Shown piece by piece: positions 9,447 to 19,085 of a DNA stretch of 37,508 nt. Each line of letters begins with the position of its first letter. Position 1 is the stretch's first letter. A model generated the notes under the pieces. The model saw only the letters and a list, made by a program, of their open reading frames with translations, was not told where the DNA came from and did not search any database. The stretch is taken from assembly GCA_036272115.1 (NCBI GenBank), contig DATAZJ010000386.1, forward strand, positions 1 through 37,508, given 5' to 3'. The position numbers were made by a program, and so were the translations under genes. The stretch comes from Rhodopila sp. Its GTDB lineage: Bacteria; Pseudomonadota; Alphaproteobacteria; Acetobacterales; Acetobacteraceae.

Positions 9447-10247
9447 ATGGAAAACGTCGCCCGCGGCGAAAAAGCACGCCGAATAGCGCACGGCTATGTT
9501 GGCTGGTCGGTGGGCGCGGGACTGATCCCGTTCCCGCTGGTGGATGTCGGCAGCCTTGTCGTGCTGCAAGTGAAGATGCTGACCGAAATCGCCAAGGTCT
9601 ACGAGGTGCCGCTGGAGCGTGAACGCGCGCGCACCCTGGTGATGAGCGCGGTGGGTGGGTTGGCGCCGCAAGGGCTGGCGCTGACCGGCATTCCGGCTTT
9701 GCTCAAGTTCGTTCCCGTGCTGGGTACGCTGCTGGGCGTCGCGGTCATGCCGGCGGCGGCGGCGGGCAGTACCCTTGCGCTGGCGGACCTTTTCATCCGG
9801 CATATCGAAACATACGGCAGAGTGCCTGATCGTGCCTGCGCCCAACTGACGCATTCACCAGCGGAACCTGTTGCGGCGGTTGTCCCGCCGCCGGCCGTTG
9901 TCGAACCCACGGCATCGGATTTGCCCCCAGCGCCGCCCCCCGCGACACCGGTGGCCGATGCTGCCGTGGACGAACCGGCGGCGCCGCCAGCGGCGACCGC
10001 CGGACAGGCCGCGGCGGAGGAGCCGGGATCGGCAGGGCCAACCGTTGAGCCCGCGACGGTTATCGAGACGCCGTCCGGCACGCTCCAGGAAGGCGCCTCC
10101 GTCGAGGAGGGGTCCGAACCAGACGAACCGGACGACGCGACCGCGGTGCCTGATCCCGCGTCGGATACCGATGCGGAGCGACCCGTTCGGCGCCGTCCGG
10201 CGGGCGCACGCACGCGGCGGCGTTCCCCGCCGACGGAAACATCATGA
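9447..10247 (+). CDS. DUF697/YcjF-family protein (paralogue 2) with Pro/Ala/Glu-rich disordered tail
   Basis: N-terminal GAGLIPFPLVDVGSLVVLQVKMLTEIAKVY...TLALADLFIRHIETYG aligns with 5830-6309. RBS-like AGGGA upstream. The stop overlaps the next ATG (ATGA). Confidence 0.82.
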   Translation: MENVARGEKARRIAHGYVGWSVGAGLIPFPLVDVGSLVVLQVKMLTEIAKVYEVPLERERARTLVMSAVGGLAPQGLALTGIPALLKFVPVLGTLLGVAVMPAAAAGSTLALADLFIRHIETYGRVPDRACAQLTHSPAEPVAAVVPPPAVVEPTASDLPPAPPPATPVADAAVDEPAAPPAATAGQAAAEEPGSAGPTVEPATVIETPSGTLQEGASVEEGSEPDEPDDATAVPDPASDTDAERPVRRRPAGARTRRRSPPTETS

Positions 10248-11491
10248 GCGGTATGCAGGCTCCCCTCGACGCCGGCACCGACGAGACCGAACAACCCATC
10301 CCAGTCAACTTCAGCCTGCGGCGCGGGTGGGGGTGGCTGGCAAGCAAGACACGAAAAAACAACCAGAACGGACGGCGCAGTCATTTCGGGCTGATCATTA
10401 CGCTGGTCATGCTGCTGATGGTTGCCGTGTTCCTTATCCCGTTGAGCGTGGTGTTCATCGGGCCGGGCAATGGCGGCGTGCTGTGGAAGCGGTTTGCCGG
10501 CGGCACGCAGTTCCAGACGGCTCTGGGCCAGGGTTTCCAACTGATCTGGCCGTGGGACCGCATCTATATCTATAACCTGCGGTTGCAGCAGTGGCACGAG
10601 GACCTTTACGCACTGACCAGCGACGGGCTGTCGCTTTCGGTGGAGGTGGCGGCGCGCTACCGGCTGTCGGCCGACAACCTCGCCTATCTGCAGGATGCCG
10701 TTGGGCCCGACTACGTCGCGAAGGTCATCAGCCCGCAGGTCGGTGCCGCGGTGCGCAAGCTGATCGCGCTGTATCCGGTTGAATCGCTGCTGGGGCCACT
10801 GCGCAACCAGGTGCAGGAGGTGATCTTCAATACGCTGACCGATCGCAACCGGCTGAACGAGATCGGCGCGCTGGACGCCGGCACCGGGTCCGATCGCCCC
10901 CCGATCGGGCTGCCGCCGCCGGATGACCGTCGGACGGCGCATGCAAGCCGCGACGGCCTTGTCAACGTCAAGGTCAACACGCTCAACCGGCCGCTTATCC
11001 TGCTGCAGGATCTGCTGATCAGCCGCATCGTCATGCCGGAATCGGTGCAGGCGGCGATCAATGCCAAGTTGGAGGAGGCGCAGCACGCGCAGGAATACAA
11101 TTATCGCCTGGCGGCGGAGCGCGATGAGGCCGAACGGCAGGCGATCAAGGCCGAAGGGATACGGCGCTTCGAGGATATCGTTGGCCGCAACCTGACCCAG
11201 GGCTATCTGACCCTGCGCGGCATCGAGGCCACTCAGGCGTTGGCGTTATCGTCGAATGCGAAGGTCATCGTGGTCGGCGGCAACCAGGGTCTGCCGCTGA
11301 TTCTGAATACCGGCGACGGCACGGTTCTGGGCAACGGCGCCACCGGGCCCGGTGTCTCGCCGGCGAAACCGGCTCAGCCGCCCACCGGCATACTGCCGGC
11401 CGCCGTGGCGCCCAAACCCGCGATGCCGGAGAGTGCCCCGTCAACCACCGCACCTTCGACCACCACACCGGCGGCCGTGCAGAGGCCCTGA
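10244..11491 (+). CDS. SPFH/Band 7 prohibitin-family membrane protein
   Basis: N-terminal TM helix, GVLWKRF..G, LIWPWD, ALTSDGLSLSVEV, PESVQAAINAKL, an AE-rich coiled coil and YLTLRGIEAT...SSNAKVIVVG. Confidence 0.88.
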   Translation: MSGMQAPLDAGTDETEQPIPVNFSLRRGWGWLASKTRKNNQNGRRSHFGLIITLVMLLMVAVFLIPLSVVFIGPGNGGVLWKRFAGGTQFQTALGQGFQLIWPWDRIYIYNLRLQQWHEDLYALTSDGLSLSVEVAARYRLSADNLAYLQDAVGPDYVAKVISPQVGAAVRKLIALYPVESLLGPLRNQVQEVIFNTLTDRNRLNEIGALDAGTGSDRPPIGLPPPDDRRTAHASRDGLVNVKVNTLNRPLILLQDLLISRIVMPESVQAAINAKLEEAQHAQEYNYRLAAERDEAERQAIKAEGIRRFEDIVGRNLTQGYLTLRGIEATQALALSSNAKVIVVGGNQGLPLILNTGDGTVLGNGATGPGVSPAKPAQPPTGILPAAVAPKPAMPESAPSTTAPSTTTPAAVQRP

Positions 11492-11515
11492 GCGCAGGAG
11501 CGCGGGATCGGCCCG

Positions 11516-11662
11516 CTAGCGTCCCGAATCTGAAGTTCGCCACAGTGGGCGAACCTCAGATTCGAAACAATAGCTCGTTATTTTCAGGTTTGTTTGAGTG
11601 ACCGGTTGACGCGGGAAATCGCGGTCGCTTCGTGACTCGCGCTTTTCCGCGATCGGGCACTC
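11516..11662. repeat. Intergenic double palindrome (REP/CIR-like element or bidirectional terminator)
   Basis: 17-bp arms CGAATCTGAAGTTCGCC (11525-11541) and GGCGAACCTCAGATTCG (11548-11564) with one mismatch. A second imperfect palindrome spans 11596-11662. It lies between convergent genes. Confidence 0.7.
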
Positions 11663-11697
11663 GAGCGCTTTCAGGCTGACTGTAGACAGCCCGTGCG

Positions 11698-12774
11698 CTA
11701 GCGGTTGGTCTGCGCCTGGTTGGATTGGGTGAACCAGGCGATCACCTCGACCGCACGATTGAAGTGCTGCAGGTGGTCCAGCACGTTCGCCTCCTGCCAT
11801 TTCGGCTGGTATGGCCCGGTCTGCAACGCCGACAGGTTCTGCAGGAAGGCCGCGATCATGGCCGAGATCATCTTTTGTCGCGGCGAACCCACCGGCTGGA
11901 CCGACGTCACCAGGTACACCGGGCTGGCCACCGTCGGCACGATCGTGCCGGAAGGAACCATGCGCGGATAGTCGGGATTGGTCAGGGTGGCGGGCCGGAA
12001 CCAGGACGACAGCCAGTTCTTCGCCTTCGCGTCCCACGTGATCGGCACAAAGTGCAGACTGCCGATCACCGGGATATCGCGAAAGATATCCGCCGGTTTG
12101 CCGGCAACGAAGACGACGGCGGCAGGGTCGCCGCGGGGCACGCCTTCCAGCGCCACGGGGATCGGCCGATTGTCGTATTTCGGGCGGATGCCCAGCAGTT
12201 CGAACATCCGCCGAGCGATCACGTCGCTGCCGCCGCCGGGCGGCCCCACATTCACGGTCAGGCCGTCGAGCGAATACACACTCTCGATGAGTTGTGTCGC
12301 GACGATATGCGTTTCCTCGAAATACAGTTCGCTGACGTAGGCCAGGCGATTGGTGATCTCCGGCAGCCAGCCGGCGACGCGCACCGTGTCCAGCATGATG
12401 CCCGACACCACGGCGGCATCGATGAAGTCCAGCTCAACCAGGTCATACGGTATCTGGAATCCGCCGGAGGTTATGACGGGGAAGATGCGGGGCGCCTCGG
12501 GCGCGTAGTTGGCCAGCACCGTGGCCATGTCGTTGACGACCTTGATATAGGTTCCGATCAGCGATCCGCCCATGACGGTGACCACGTCGCGGCCGGCCCG
12601 CACCATCGGGGGCATGACCGGCGGGCTGGCTGGTGCCTGGATGGGAGGCGCCGGGTGTTCGGGAGGTGATGCCTGGGGGGGAGGCGCTGCCTGAGCCTGT
12701 GAACCCAGAAGCAAACTTCCGAGGCCCAGGCCCACATTACGACGCCCCACCAATCCGCCGGGTAGTTTCCCCAT
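11698..12774 (-). CDS. TAXI-family solute-binding protein
   Basis: Signal peptide with RR and AQA, a Pro-rich linker, then GGSLIGTY, ELYFEETHIVA, SLDGLTVNVGPPGGGS, AVVFVAGKP, LHFVPI, YPRMV...VPTVA, which match TAXI/PBP2 receptors. Confidence 0.8.
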   Translation of the reverse strand: MGKLPGGLVGRRNVGLGLGSLLLGSQAQAAPPPQASPPEHPAPPIQAPASPPVMPPMVRAGRDVVTVMGGSLIGTYIKVVNDMATVLANYAPEAPRIFPVITSGGFQIPYDLVELDFIDAAVVSGIMLDTVRVAGWLPEITNRLAYVSELYFEETHIVATQLIESVYSLDGLTVNVGPPGGGSDVIARRMFELLGIRPKYDNRPIPVALEGVPRGDPAAVVFVAGKPADIFRDIPVIGSLHFVPITWDAKAKNWLSSWFRPATLTNPDYPRMVPSGTIVPTVASPVYLVTSVQPVGSPRQKMISAMIAAFLQNLSALQTGPYQPKWQEANVLDHLQHFNRAVEVIAWFTQSNQAQTNR

Positions 12775-13007
12775 GCGGGTCGCACTACCATGCGCGCATT
12801 GCCCGGTCCAGCTTATGTTCGAAACGTTACGGATCGGCTGACCGGCAGCACGGAACGGAGGCGGTACGAACGGAGGCCGGAACCATTAGCCGGGTCTCGG
12901 CCAAGGCGCTTTGGCCATCACGGCCTGCCGTCGCGAGGATCCCGGGCTCCATAACTCGCCACGCCTGCTGCCGGTATCGTATCGCTCGGCCCTCTGGTGC
13001 CGCGGGC

Positions 13008-13033
13008 GGAATCGCATATAGTTGCCGTGCGTT
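13008..13033 (+). promoter_or_regulatory. Possible EcfG (sigmaT/RpoE2)-type promoter for the chemosensory operon
   Basis: GGAAT-N17-CGTT, ending 41 bp before the MCP ATG. Consensus is GGAAC-N16/17-CGTT. Confidence 0.35.
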
Positions 13034-13074
13034 GCGGCCGCCGGCCGGTGACGCTCACCGCTATCGAGAATGGC

Positions 13075-15006
13075 ATGCCCCTGGTAAAAACCTCGAAGAT
13101 CATGCCGGCCAACCGGAAGCAGCCGGCGCCGACCGGATCGGCCCCTGCCCCGCGGCTGGCCAAGTCGAATGGCGGCCGATCGCGGCCCACCGAGGCAACC
13201 CAGACTGACAAGGTCGCCGAGCGGATTGCCGCGGCGACGGAGGAATTGGCGAGCGGCCTTGCCGAGGCATCAGCGGCCGCGGAAGAACTGCGCCGGTCGA
13301 TGGAACAGATCGCCAGCGGCGCAGACGAGGCGGCCAGCGGCGTGCAGGAGCAGCTCGCGGCGGTCAAAAGCATCGTCGGGACCCTCGGCGAGGCTCGGAT
13401 GCAGGCGGATTTGGCCCGCAAGGGCACCGAAACCGTGCGTGGCGCGCTGCTGGAGACCGTTGGCCAGATCACCATGTCGGTGCGGGCGATCGAACGCAAC
13501 GCCGAACGCCAGGAAGCCTCGATCCAGGTCATCGGAGAGCTTGAGCGGCGGGCCCGTGACATCAGCGAGATCACCCAGGCGGTCGGCCGCATTTCCGATC
13601 AGACCAACCTGCTTGCCCTGAATGCCGCCATTGAGGCGGCGCGGGCGGGCGATCACGGCCGCGGCTTCGCGGTGGTCGCCGAGGAGGTCAGGGCGCTGGC
13701 GGAAACCTCCGAACAAAGTGCCCAGGCGGTTCAGGGCCTTGCCAGCTCGGTCCAGGACGACGTCCGCGGGGTGGTCGGGGCGATCCGGCTCGCCGCCGAA
13801 ACCGCCGTCGCCGAGGCCCGGTCCGGCCTCGCCGTGGTCGAAACCCTGGACGCGGTGCGGGATGAGATGGCCCGTCTCGGGCAGGGCAGCGACGACATCC
13901 TGACCGCCACGCTGGACGCTGAACGGGCGGCGACGGAAACGCAGCGCGGCGCGGAACAGGTGGCGGGAGCGGCGGAAGAACAGGCGGCGGCAGCCAGCGA
14001 GGCGCAGGCGTCGATAGAACAGCAGGTGCAGTCGCTGGAGCAGGGCCAGGCGTCGGCGCATGCGCTGGCGGCGCTTGCCGCTGATCTGGGAGCGGAAGCC
14101 GCCGACACCTCGGCAGCGGAACAGATGGCCAGCATGTCCGAGGAGCTGTCGGCGACGATTCAGGAACTGTCCAGCGCCTCGGCGCAAATCATGACCGCGG
14201 CCGAGCAGATCGGCCGCGGGTCGCGGCAACAGGCATCCGGAACCCATCAGACCTCGGCGGCCATCGCCCAGATCGAGGCCAGTGCCGGCGTCGCGCGCGA
14301 TCGCGCGGTCGCGGCCGAACAGCGTATCCGCGAAATGGAGGGGTCGTTCAAAGCGGGCCGCGCGACCGTCGAACGCCTGATGCAGGGCGTGACCGCCGCG
14401 GCGGAGAGCACGAGGGCCAGTCTGGTGGTCATTGGCAAGCTGGAAGTGACCGGGCGGCGAATCGAAAAAATCGTCGATTCCATCGCGCTGGTTGCGGTGC
14501 AGACAACCATGTTGGCGGTCAGCGGTTCGGTGGAGGCGGCCAGGGCGGGGGCGGCGGGACGTGGTTTCGCCCTGGTATCGGCGGATATTCGCGGCCTGGC
14601 GCGTGAATCCGCGGCCAGCGTGGATCGCGTCAAGGATACCGTGCGCGGAATTCTCGATCAGATCGCCTCGCTGCGGCGCGACTGCGAGCTGATGATTCTG
14701 AACACCGAGTCCGAGATCCAGAATAATCGGGCGATTTCTTCCGCGTTGGAAAAGCTTGACGGCGACGTGCGCGCCATGGGCGTCGCCAATACCGCGATCC
14801 TGCACGGCGCCAACGCGATCATGGAGTCGGCCGTCCAGTCGGCTGCCGCCGCCCGGCAGATCGCGGCGGCAGCCGAAGAAGCCGGTTCGGCCGGCCAGCA
14901 GGCGGCCTCGGCATCGGCGCAGCAGGCGCGGGGGGCGGAGGATCTTGCCGCCGCGGTCGAGGAAATCGCCTTGCTGGCCGAAGAACTGAAGCGCCGGGAT
15001 GGCTGA
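13075..15006 (+). CDS. Cytoplasmic MCP with two signalling domains (DosM-like)
   Basis: No TM segments. Two hairpin-tip motifs: [38 protein letters not shown] and [38 protein letters not shown]. Start placed at ATG 13075 (MPLVKTSKI). Confidence 0.92.
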   Translation: MPLVKTSKIMPANRKQPAPTGSAPAPRLAKSNGGRSRPTEATQTDKVAERIAAATEELASGLAEASAAAEELRRSMEQIASGADEAASGVQEQLAAVKSIVGTLGEARMQADLARKGTETVRGALLETVGQITMSVRAIERNAERQEASIQVIGELERRARDISEITQAVGRISDQTNLLALNAAIEAARAGDHGRGFAVVAEEVRALAETSEQSAQAVQGLASSVQDDVRGVVGAIRLAAETAVAEARSGLAVVETLDAVRDEMARLGQGSDDILTATLDAERAATETQRGAEQVAGAAEEQAAAASEAQASIEQQVQSLEQGQASAHALAALAADLGAEAADTSAAEQMASMSEELSATIQELSSASAQIMTAAEQIGRGSRQQASGTHQTSAAIAQIEASAGVARDRAVAAEQRIREMEGSFKAGRATVERLMQGVTAAAESTRASLVVIGKLEVTGRRIEKIVDSIALVAVQTTMLAVSGSVEAARAGAAGRGFALVSADIRGLARESAASVDRVKDTVRGILDQIASLRRDCELMILNTESEIQNNRAISSALEKLDGDVRAMGVANTAILHGANAIMESAVQSAAAARQIAAAAEEAGSAGQQAASASAQQARGAEDLAAAVEEIALLAEELKRRDG

Positions 15007-16534
15007 ACCCGCACAGTCCGCCGCCTCGGCAGACGGCGGCCAGCGGCGCTTCCTGACGTTTCGGTGGGAGACGGGTCTTTATGCCTTGCCGGTGGAGGAG
15101 GTGGCGGAAGTCGTCCGCACCCCGCTCTACGCCCGTGTCCCCCATAGTCCGCGCGGCCTGCTCGGCATCGCCAACCTGCGCGGTTCGGTGCTGCCGGTGG
15201 CGAGCCTGGGCGGTTTGCTGGACCGGGGCAGCGGAGACCTCGGCCAGGCGTCGCGGGCGATCGTGCTTACCGGCGCGATGCCGGTGGCGTTCGTGGTGGA
15301 ATCGGTGGATGCCCTGGTGTCGGTCGATACGCATCATGTGGAGACGGCGCAGGCGATGATCGCGGCCGAACCGGGGGAGCGGTTGCGGGGCGCCTTCCAC
15401 ACCGGCGCGAACCAGGACGTGGCGCGGATCCTGGATATCCAGGGTATGCTGGCGACGGCGTTCGCGTTGAGGGAGCAGTCGGCCGGCCATGCCTCCGGGG
15501 CGGCCAGGCGCAGTGCCCAGCAGGACACCGTCGAGGCGGCCGCCGATTTCGGCAAGCTGGTCAGTTTCGAGGTCGCGGGCCAGGACTATGCCCTCGATCT
15601 GGATGCGGTGATGGAAATCGTGCCGTTACCAGCCGGGCGCATGGCGGTGCCCGGCAGCGGGTCTCCGGCATTGGGCGTGACAAGCCATCGGGACGCGTTG
15701 CTGCCGCTATTTTCCCTGCGCGGACTGCTGGGCCTTCCGGCGGCGCCGGCCCTGGAGGACACCACGAAGGTCGTGGTCGTCATGGTCCACGGGGCGCTTG
15801 TCGGGCTGGTGGTGGACCGGATGCGCGCGATCATGCCGGCCGACCCGGACCTGATCGAGCCAACCCCGCCGGCCTTGGCGGCGCGCATCGGCGGCGAGGC
15901 GCGGATCAGGGCCATCTACCGGGGCGCGGCGGGAAGCCGGCTGATCTCGATCCTGGCGCCTGAACTGCTGTTCCGGGAGGAGGTTATGGAGCGTCTGATG
16001 CAAGGCCGCGACGCGGGTCAGGCCGGCGACGGGGCGCAAGCCCGCCACGCCGGTCAGGCGGTGACGTTCCTGATCTTCCGTCTCGGCGACGATGAGTTCG
16101 GCCTGCCGATCGAGGTTGTCGACGAGGTGACCCGGATGCCCTCGCAGGTCACCAAGGTGCCGAACACACCGGCGTTCCTGGAAGGCGTCTGCAACCTGCG
16201 CGGCCAGGTGGTGCCCGTGGTCGATCAGCGCCGGCGGTTCGGCATGGCGCCGCTGGATGACGGGTCGCGCCGGCGCCTCGTCGTGGTGCGCACGGCGCAT
16301 CATCGAGCGGGACTGATCGTGGACGGGGTTTCCGAGGTGATGCGGACCGACACCGATGCGATCGCGGAGGCACCGAACCTGACCGGGGAAGCGACGCGGC
16401 TGGTGAATGGCATCATCAACCTGGAGCAGGCAGGCCGGATCGTGTTGGTCCTCGATCCCGCCGAACTGCTGACGCGCGCGGAGCACGGGCTGCTCGACGC
16501 GTTCCGCGATGAGACTGGACAGGTCGATTTGTGA
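14999..16534 (+). CDS. cheW: Triple-domain CheW
   Basis: Three CheW repeats: [44 protein letters not shown] and [22 protein letters not shown]. Confidence 0.92.
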   Translation: MAEPAQSAASADGGQRRFLTFRWETGLYALPVEEVAEVVRTPLYARVPHSPRGLLGIANLRGSVLPVASLGGLLDRGSGDLGQASRAIVLTGAMPVAFVVESVDALVSVDTHHVETAQAMIAAEPGERLRGAFHTGANQDVARILDIQGMLATAFALREQSAGHASGAARRSAQQDTVEAAADFGKLVSFEVAGQDYALDLDAVMEIVPLPAGRMAVPGSGSPALGVTSHRDALLPLFSLRGLLGLPAAPALEDTTKVVVVMVHGALVGLVVDRMRAIMPADPDLIEPTPPALAARIGGEARIRAIYRGAAGSRLISILAPELLFREEVMERLMQGRDAGQAGDGAQARHAGQAVTFLIFRLGDDEFGLPIEVVDEVTRMPSQVTKVPNTPAFLEGVCNLRGQVVPVVDQRRRFGMAPLDDGSRRRLVVVRTAHHRAGLIVDGVSEVMRTDTDAIAEAPNLTGEATRLVNGIINLEQAGRIVLVLDPAELLTRAEHGLLDAFRDETGQVDL

Positions 16535-17613
16535 TCAAGCTGCTGGCGATCGACGATTCGGCGCTGATGCGCAAGCTGATCGGCCAGGTATTCGCAGCCG
16601 AGGCCGATTTCCAGACGACGTTCGCCCGTGACGGACTCGAGGCCCTGGAGCAACTCAGGAGCGTCAAACCCGATGTGGTGACGCTTGATCTCCGCATGCC
16701 ACACATGGATGGCCTGACCTGTCTCGACCGTATCATGGTGGAACGCCCGACCCCCGTGGTGATGGTGGCGTCCTTGATGGCCGACGATGTTGAGGCGACG
16801 TTGGAGGCGTTTCGCCTGGGCGCGGTCGATTTCATGGCCAAGCCGAGTGGTCCTGTATCGCTGCATATGACGGAGTGGGGTCCCGACCTGGTGGCGAAAG
16901 TCCGTGTCGCCGCGGGCGCCAAACTGCGGTCGAGCCTGCGGCTGCGGGATCGGGTGCGCCATCAGGTGGGCGGAAACCTGCCGCCGAGCCCCGCCGCGCG
17001 TCCGAGGATGGGGATCGGGCGGTCGCCTGAGCCGGCGGTGGGCGACGGACTTGTGCTGGTGGGGACCTCGACGGGCGGACCGCCGGCGCTTGAAGCGCTG
17101 GTGAGCCGGTTGCCGTCCGACTTTCCGTGGCCGGTGCTGATCGCACAACATATGCCGGTGGGCTTTACCGGCCCCCTCGCCCGCCGTCTGGACGGAATCT
17201 CCGCACTGGCGGTCTCCGAACTGACGCAGCCCACCCGTCTGGCTGCCGGACATGTGTATATCGGTCAGGGCGGACAGGACCTTATCGTGACCCGCCGGCC
17301 GACGGGGCTGGTGGCGATGGCGGTCTCGCCGCTGGTTGGCTATCCCTGGCACCCCAGCATGGATCGTCTGGTGCGGACCGCGATGGAGCACCTGCCGGCG
17401 AGGCAGTTGATTGGCGTCCTGATGACGGGAATGGGCAACGATGGTTCGGAGGCATTGACGCTGTTGCATGCACGGGGGGGCAGGACGATCGCCGAAGCGG
17501 AGGAGACCGCGGTGATCTGGGGCATGCCGGGGGAACTGGTGAAAGCGGGCGCTGCCGATTGGGTTGTGCCGCTTCCCGGTATCGCCGGGCGGCTGTCACG
17601 GATAGTGGGTTAA
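16531..17613 (+). CDS. cheB: Chemotaxis methylesterase (REC + esterase)
   Basis: Receiver IDDS..TLDLRMP..KP. Catalytic motifs GTSTGG, QHMP and GMGNDG. C-terminal WGMP. Confidence 0.95.
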   Translation: MIKLLAIDDSALMRKLIGQVFAAEADFQTTFARDGLEALEQLRSVKPDVVTLDLRMPHMDGLTCLDRIMVERPTPVVMVASLMADDVEATLEAFRLGAVDFMAKPSGPVSLHMTEWGPDLVAKVRVAAGAKLRSSLRLRDRVRHQVGGNLPPSPAARPRMGIGRSPEPAVGDGLVLVGTSTGGPPALEALVSRLPSDFPWPVLIAQHMPVGFTGPLARRLDGISALAVSELTQPTRLAAGHVYIGQGGQDLIVTRRPTGLVAMAVSPLVGYPWHPSMDRLVRTAMEHLPARQLIGVLMTGMGNDGSEALTLLHARGGRTIAEAEETAVIWGMPGELVKAGAADWVVPLPGIAGRLSRIVG

Positions 17614-17614
17614 C

Positions 17615-18241
17615 GTGCCACTGGTCCGGAGAGATACGGCCGCGGTGCCGGCGAGCGAGACGGACGATCGCGATCACCTCGCGCTGCTTGCCGGCGGCAG
17701 TGTTGACGAGCGATGGAGCGCGGCCCGTTCGGCCGCCACCCTGCCCGGCGGTGTCGAGGCGCTGGGCGCGGCGTTGCGGATCGAGACCGACGCACGCGTG
17801 CGGACCGCGATATTCACCAGCCTGGCCCATGTGGCGAGTCCGGCCTGCGTGGATGCCGTGCTGCCATGGCTTCGGGTGGATGACGCCGACTTACGGACGG
17901 GGGCGCTCGACGCGCTGCGGGCCATGCCCGGCGCGGTACTGCCCAGGTTGCCCGGTCTGCTGGAGGATGCCGATACGGACGTGCGCATCCTGAGCTGCGA
18001 GATCGCACGCTGCCTGGCGCCGGCCGAGGCGACTCGCCTGCTTTGCGACCTGCTGGACCGCGAAGCCGATGCCAATGTCTGCGCCGCGGCGGTGGATGTG
18101 CTGGCGGAAATCGGCCAGGTCGGCGCCGAACCCGCGTTGCGGCGCTGCGCCGAGCGTTTTCCAGACGAAACATTCATCGGATTTGCCGTGAAGGTGGCGC
18201 TCCGGCGCGTGGGTATCCAGGCCGACGATGCCGGCGGTTGA
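17615..18241 (+). CDS. HEAT-repeat protein
   Basis: Repeated helical units (ETDARVRTAIFTSL, DDADLRTGALDAL, DADTDVRILSCEIA, EADANVCAAAVDVLAEIG), located between cheB and cheR. Confidence 0.85.
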   Translation: MPLVRRDTAAVPASETDDRDHLALLAGGSVDERWSAARSAATLPGGVEALGAALRIETDARVRTAIFTSLAHVASPACVDAVLPWLRVDDADLRTGALDALRAMPGAVLPRLPGLLEDADTDVRILSCEIARCLAPAEATRLLCDLLDREADANVCAAAVDVLAEIGQVGAEPALRRCAERFPDETFIGFAVKVALRRVGIQADDAGG

Positions 18242-19085
18242 AATCCCGCCTGTCACCAGGGAAGAGTTCCGCCGGCTTTGTGAATTCCTCTACCGTCGCA
18301 CCGGCATGGTCTATACCGAGGCAAAGCGATACTACGTGCAGCGCCGTGTCAGCGAACGCATGCGGGCCACGGGGTTCACCGCCTACGCCAGTTATTTCGC
18401 CAGGCTGCAGACCGACGGCGGTGGCGAAATAGAACAACTGATCAATGCTTTCACCGTCAATGAAACGTATTTCTACCGCGAAGACCATCAGTTGCGCTGC
18501 CTGACGACGGATCTGTTGCGCGAACGGATACAAGCGAAACCGCTCGGCCGGCCGATCCGGATATGGTCGGTGCCCTGCTCGACCGGCGAAGAACCTTACT
18601 CCATCGCCATCTGGCTGCTGGAGAACTGGCCGGAAGTGGATGCCTACGACATCGATATCGTGGGATCGGATATCGATACACGGGCGCTCGATGCGGCCCG
18701 AACCGGCATATTCGACAAGCGCGCATTGATGCGCTTGCCCAACCATCTGGTCGAGCGGTATCTGGAGCCGCTGGATGGAGAGCGCTGGCGGATTACCGAG
18801 GACTTGCGGCAATCGGTCAGCTTTTCCGCGGTCAATCTGGTCGAGATGGCGGAAACCCGGGCGCATGGGCGATTCGATGTGATCTTCTGCAGGAACGTTC
18901 TGATCTACTTCGACGATGCCTCTCGCCGGCTGGCGGCGGAAAACCTGTATGAGTGTCTTGAGCCTGGCGGATTCATCTGCCTGGGTCATGCTGAATCCAT
19001 GAGCCGCATATCGCCGCTGTTCGATGTGCGCCGTTATGCCGATGCAATCGTCTATCAGCGGCCGATGGAGGGCGCCCGTGGCTGA
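18228..19085 (+). CDS. cheR: Chemotaxis methyltransferase
   Basis: TVNETYFYRE, IWSVPCSTGEEPYSIA, GSDID, FDVIFCRNVLIYFD and LGHAES. Confidence 0.95.
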   Translation: MPAVEIPPVTREEFRRLCEFLYRRTGMVYTEAKRYYVQRRVSERMRATGFTAYASYFARLQTDGGGEIEQLINAFTVNETYFYREDHQLRCLTTDLLRERIQAKPLGRPIRIWSVPCSTGEEPYSIAIWLLENWPEVDAYDIDIVGSDIDTRALDAARTGIFDKRALMRLPNHLVERYLEPLDGERWRITEDLRQSVSFSAVNLVEMAETRAHGRFDVIFCRNVLIYFDDASRRLAAENLYECLEPGGFICLGHAESMSRISPLFDVRRYADAIVYQRPMEGARG

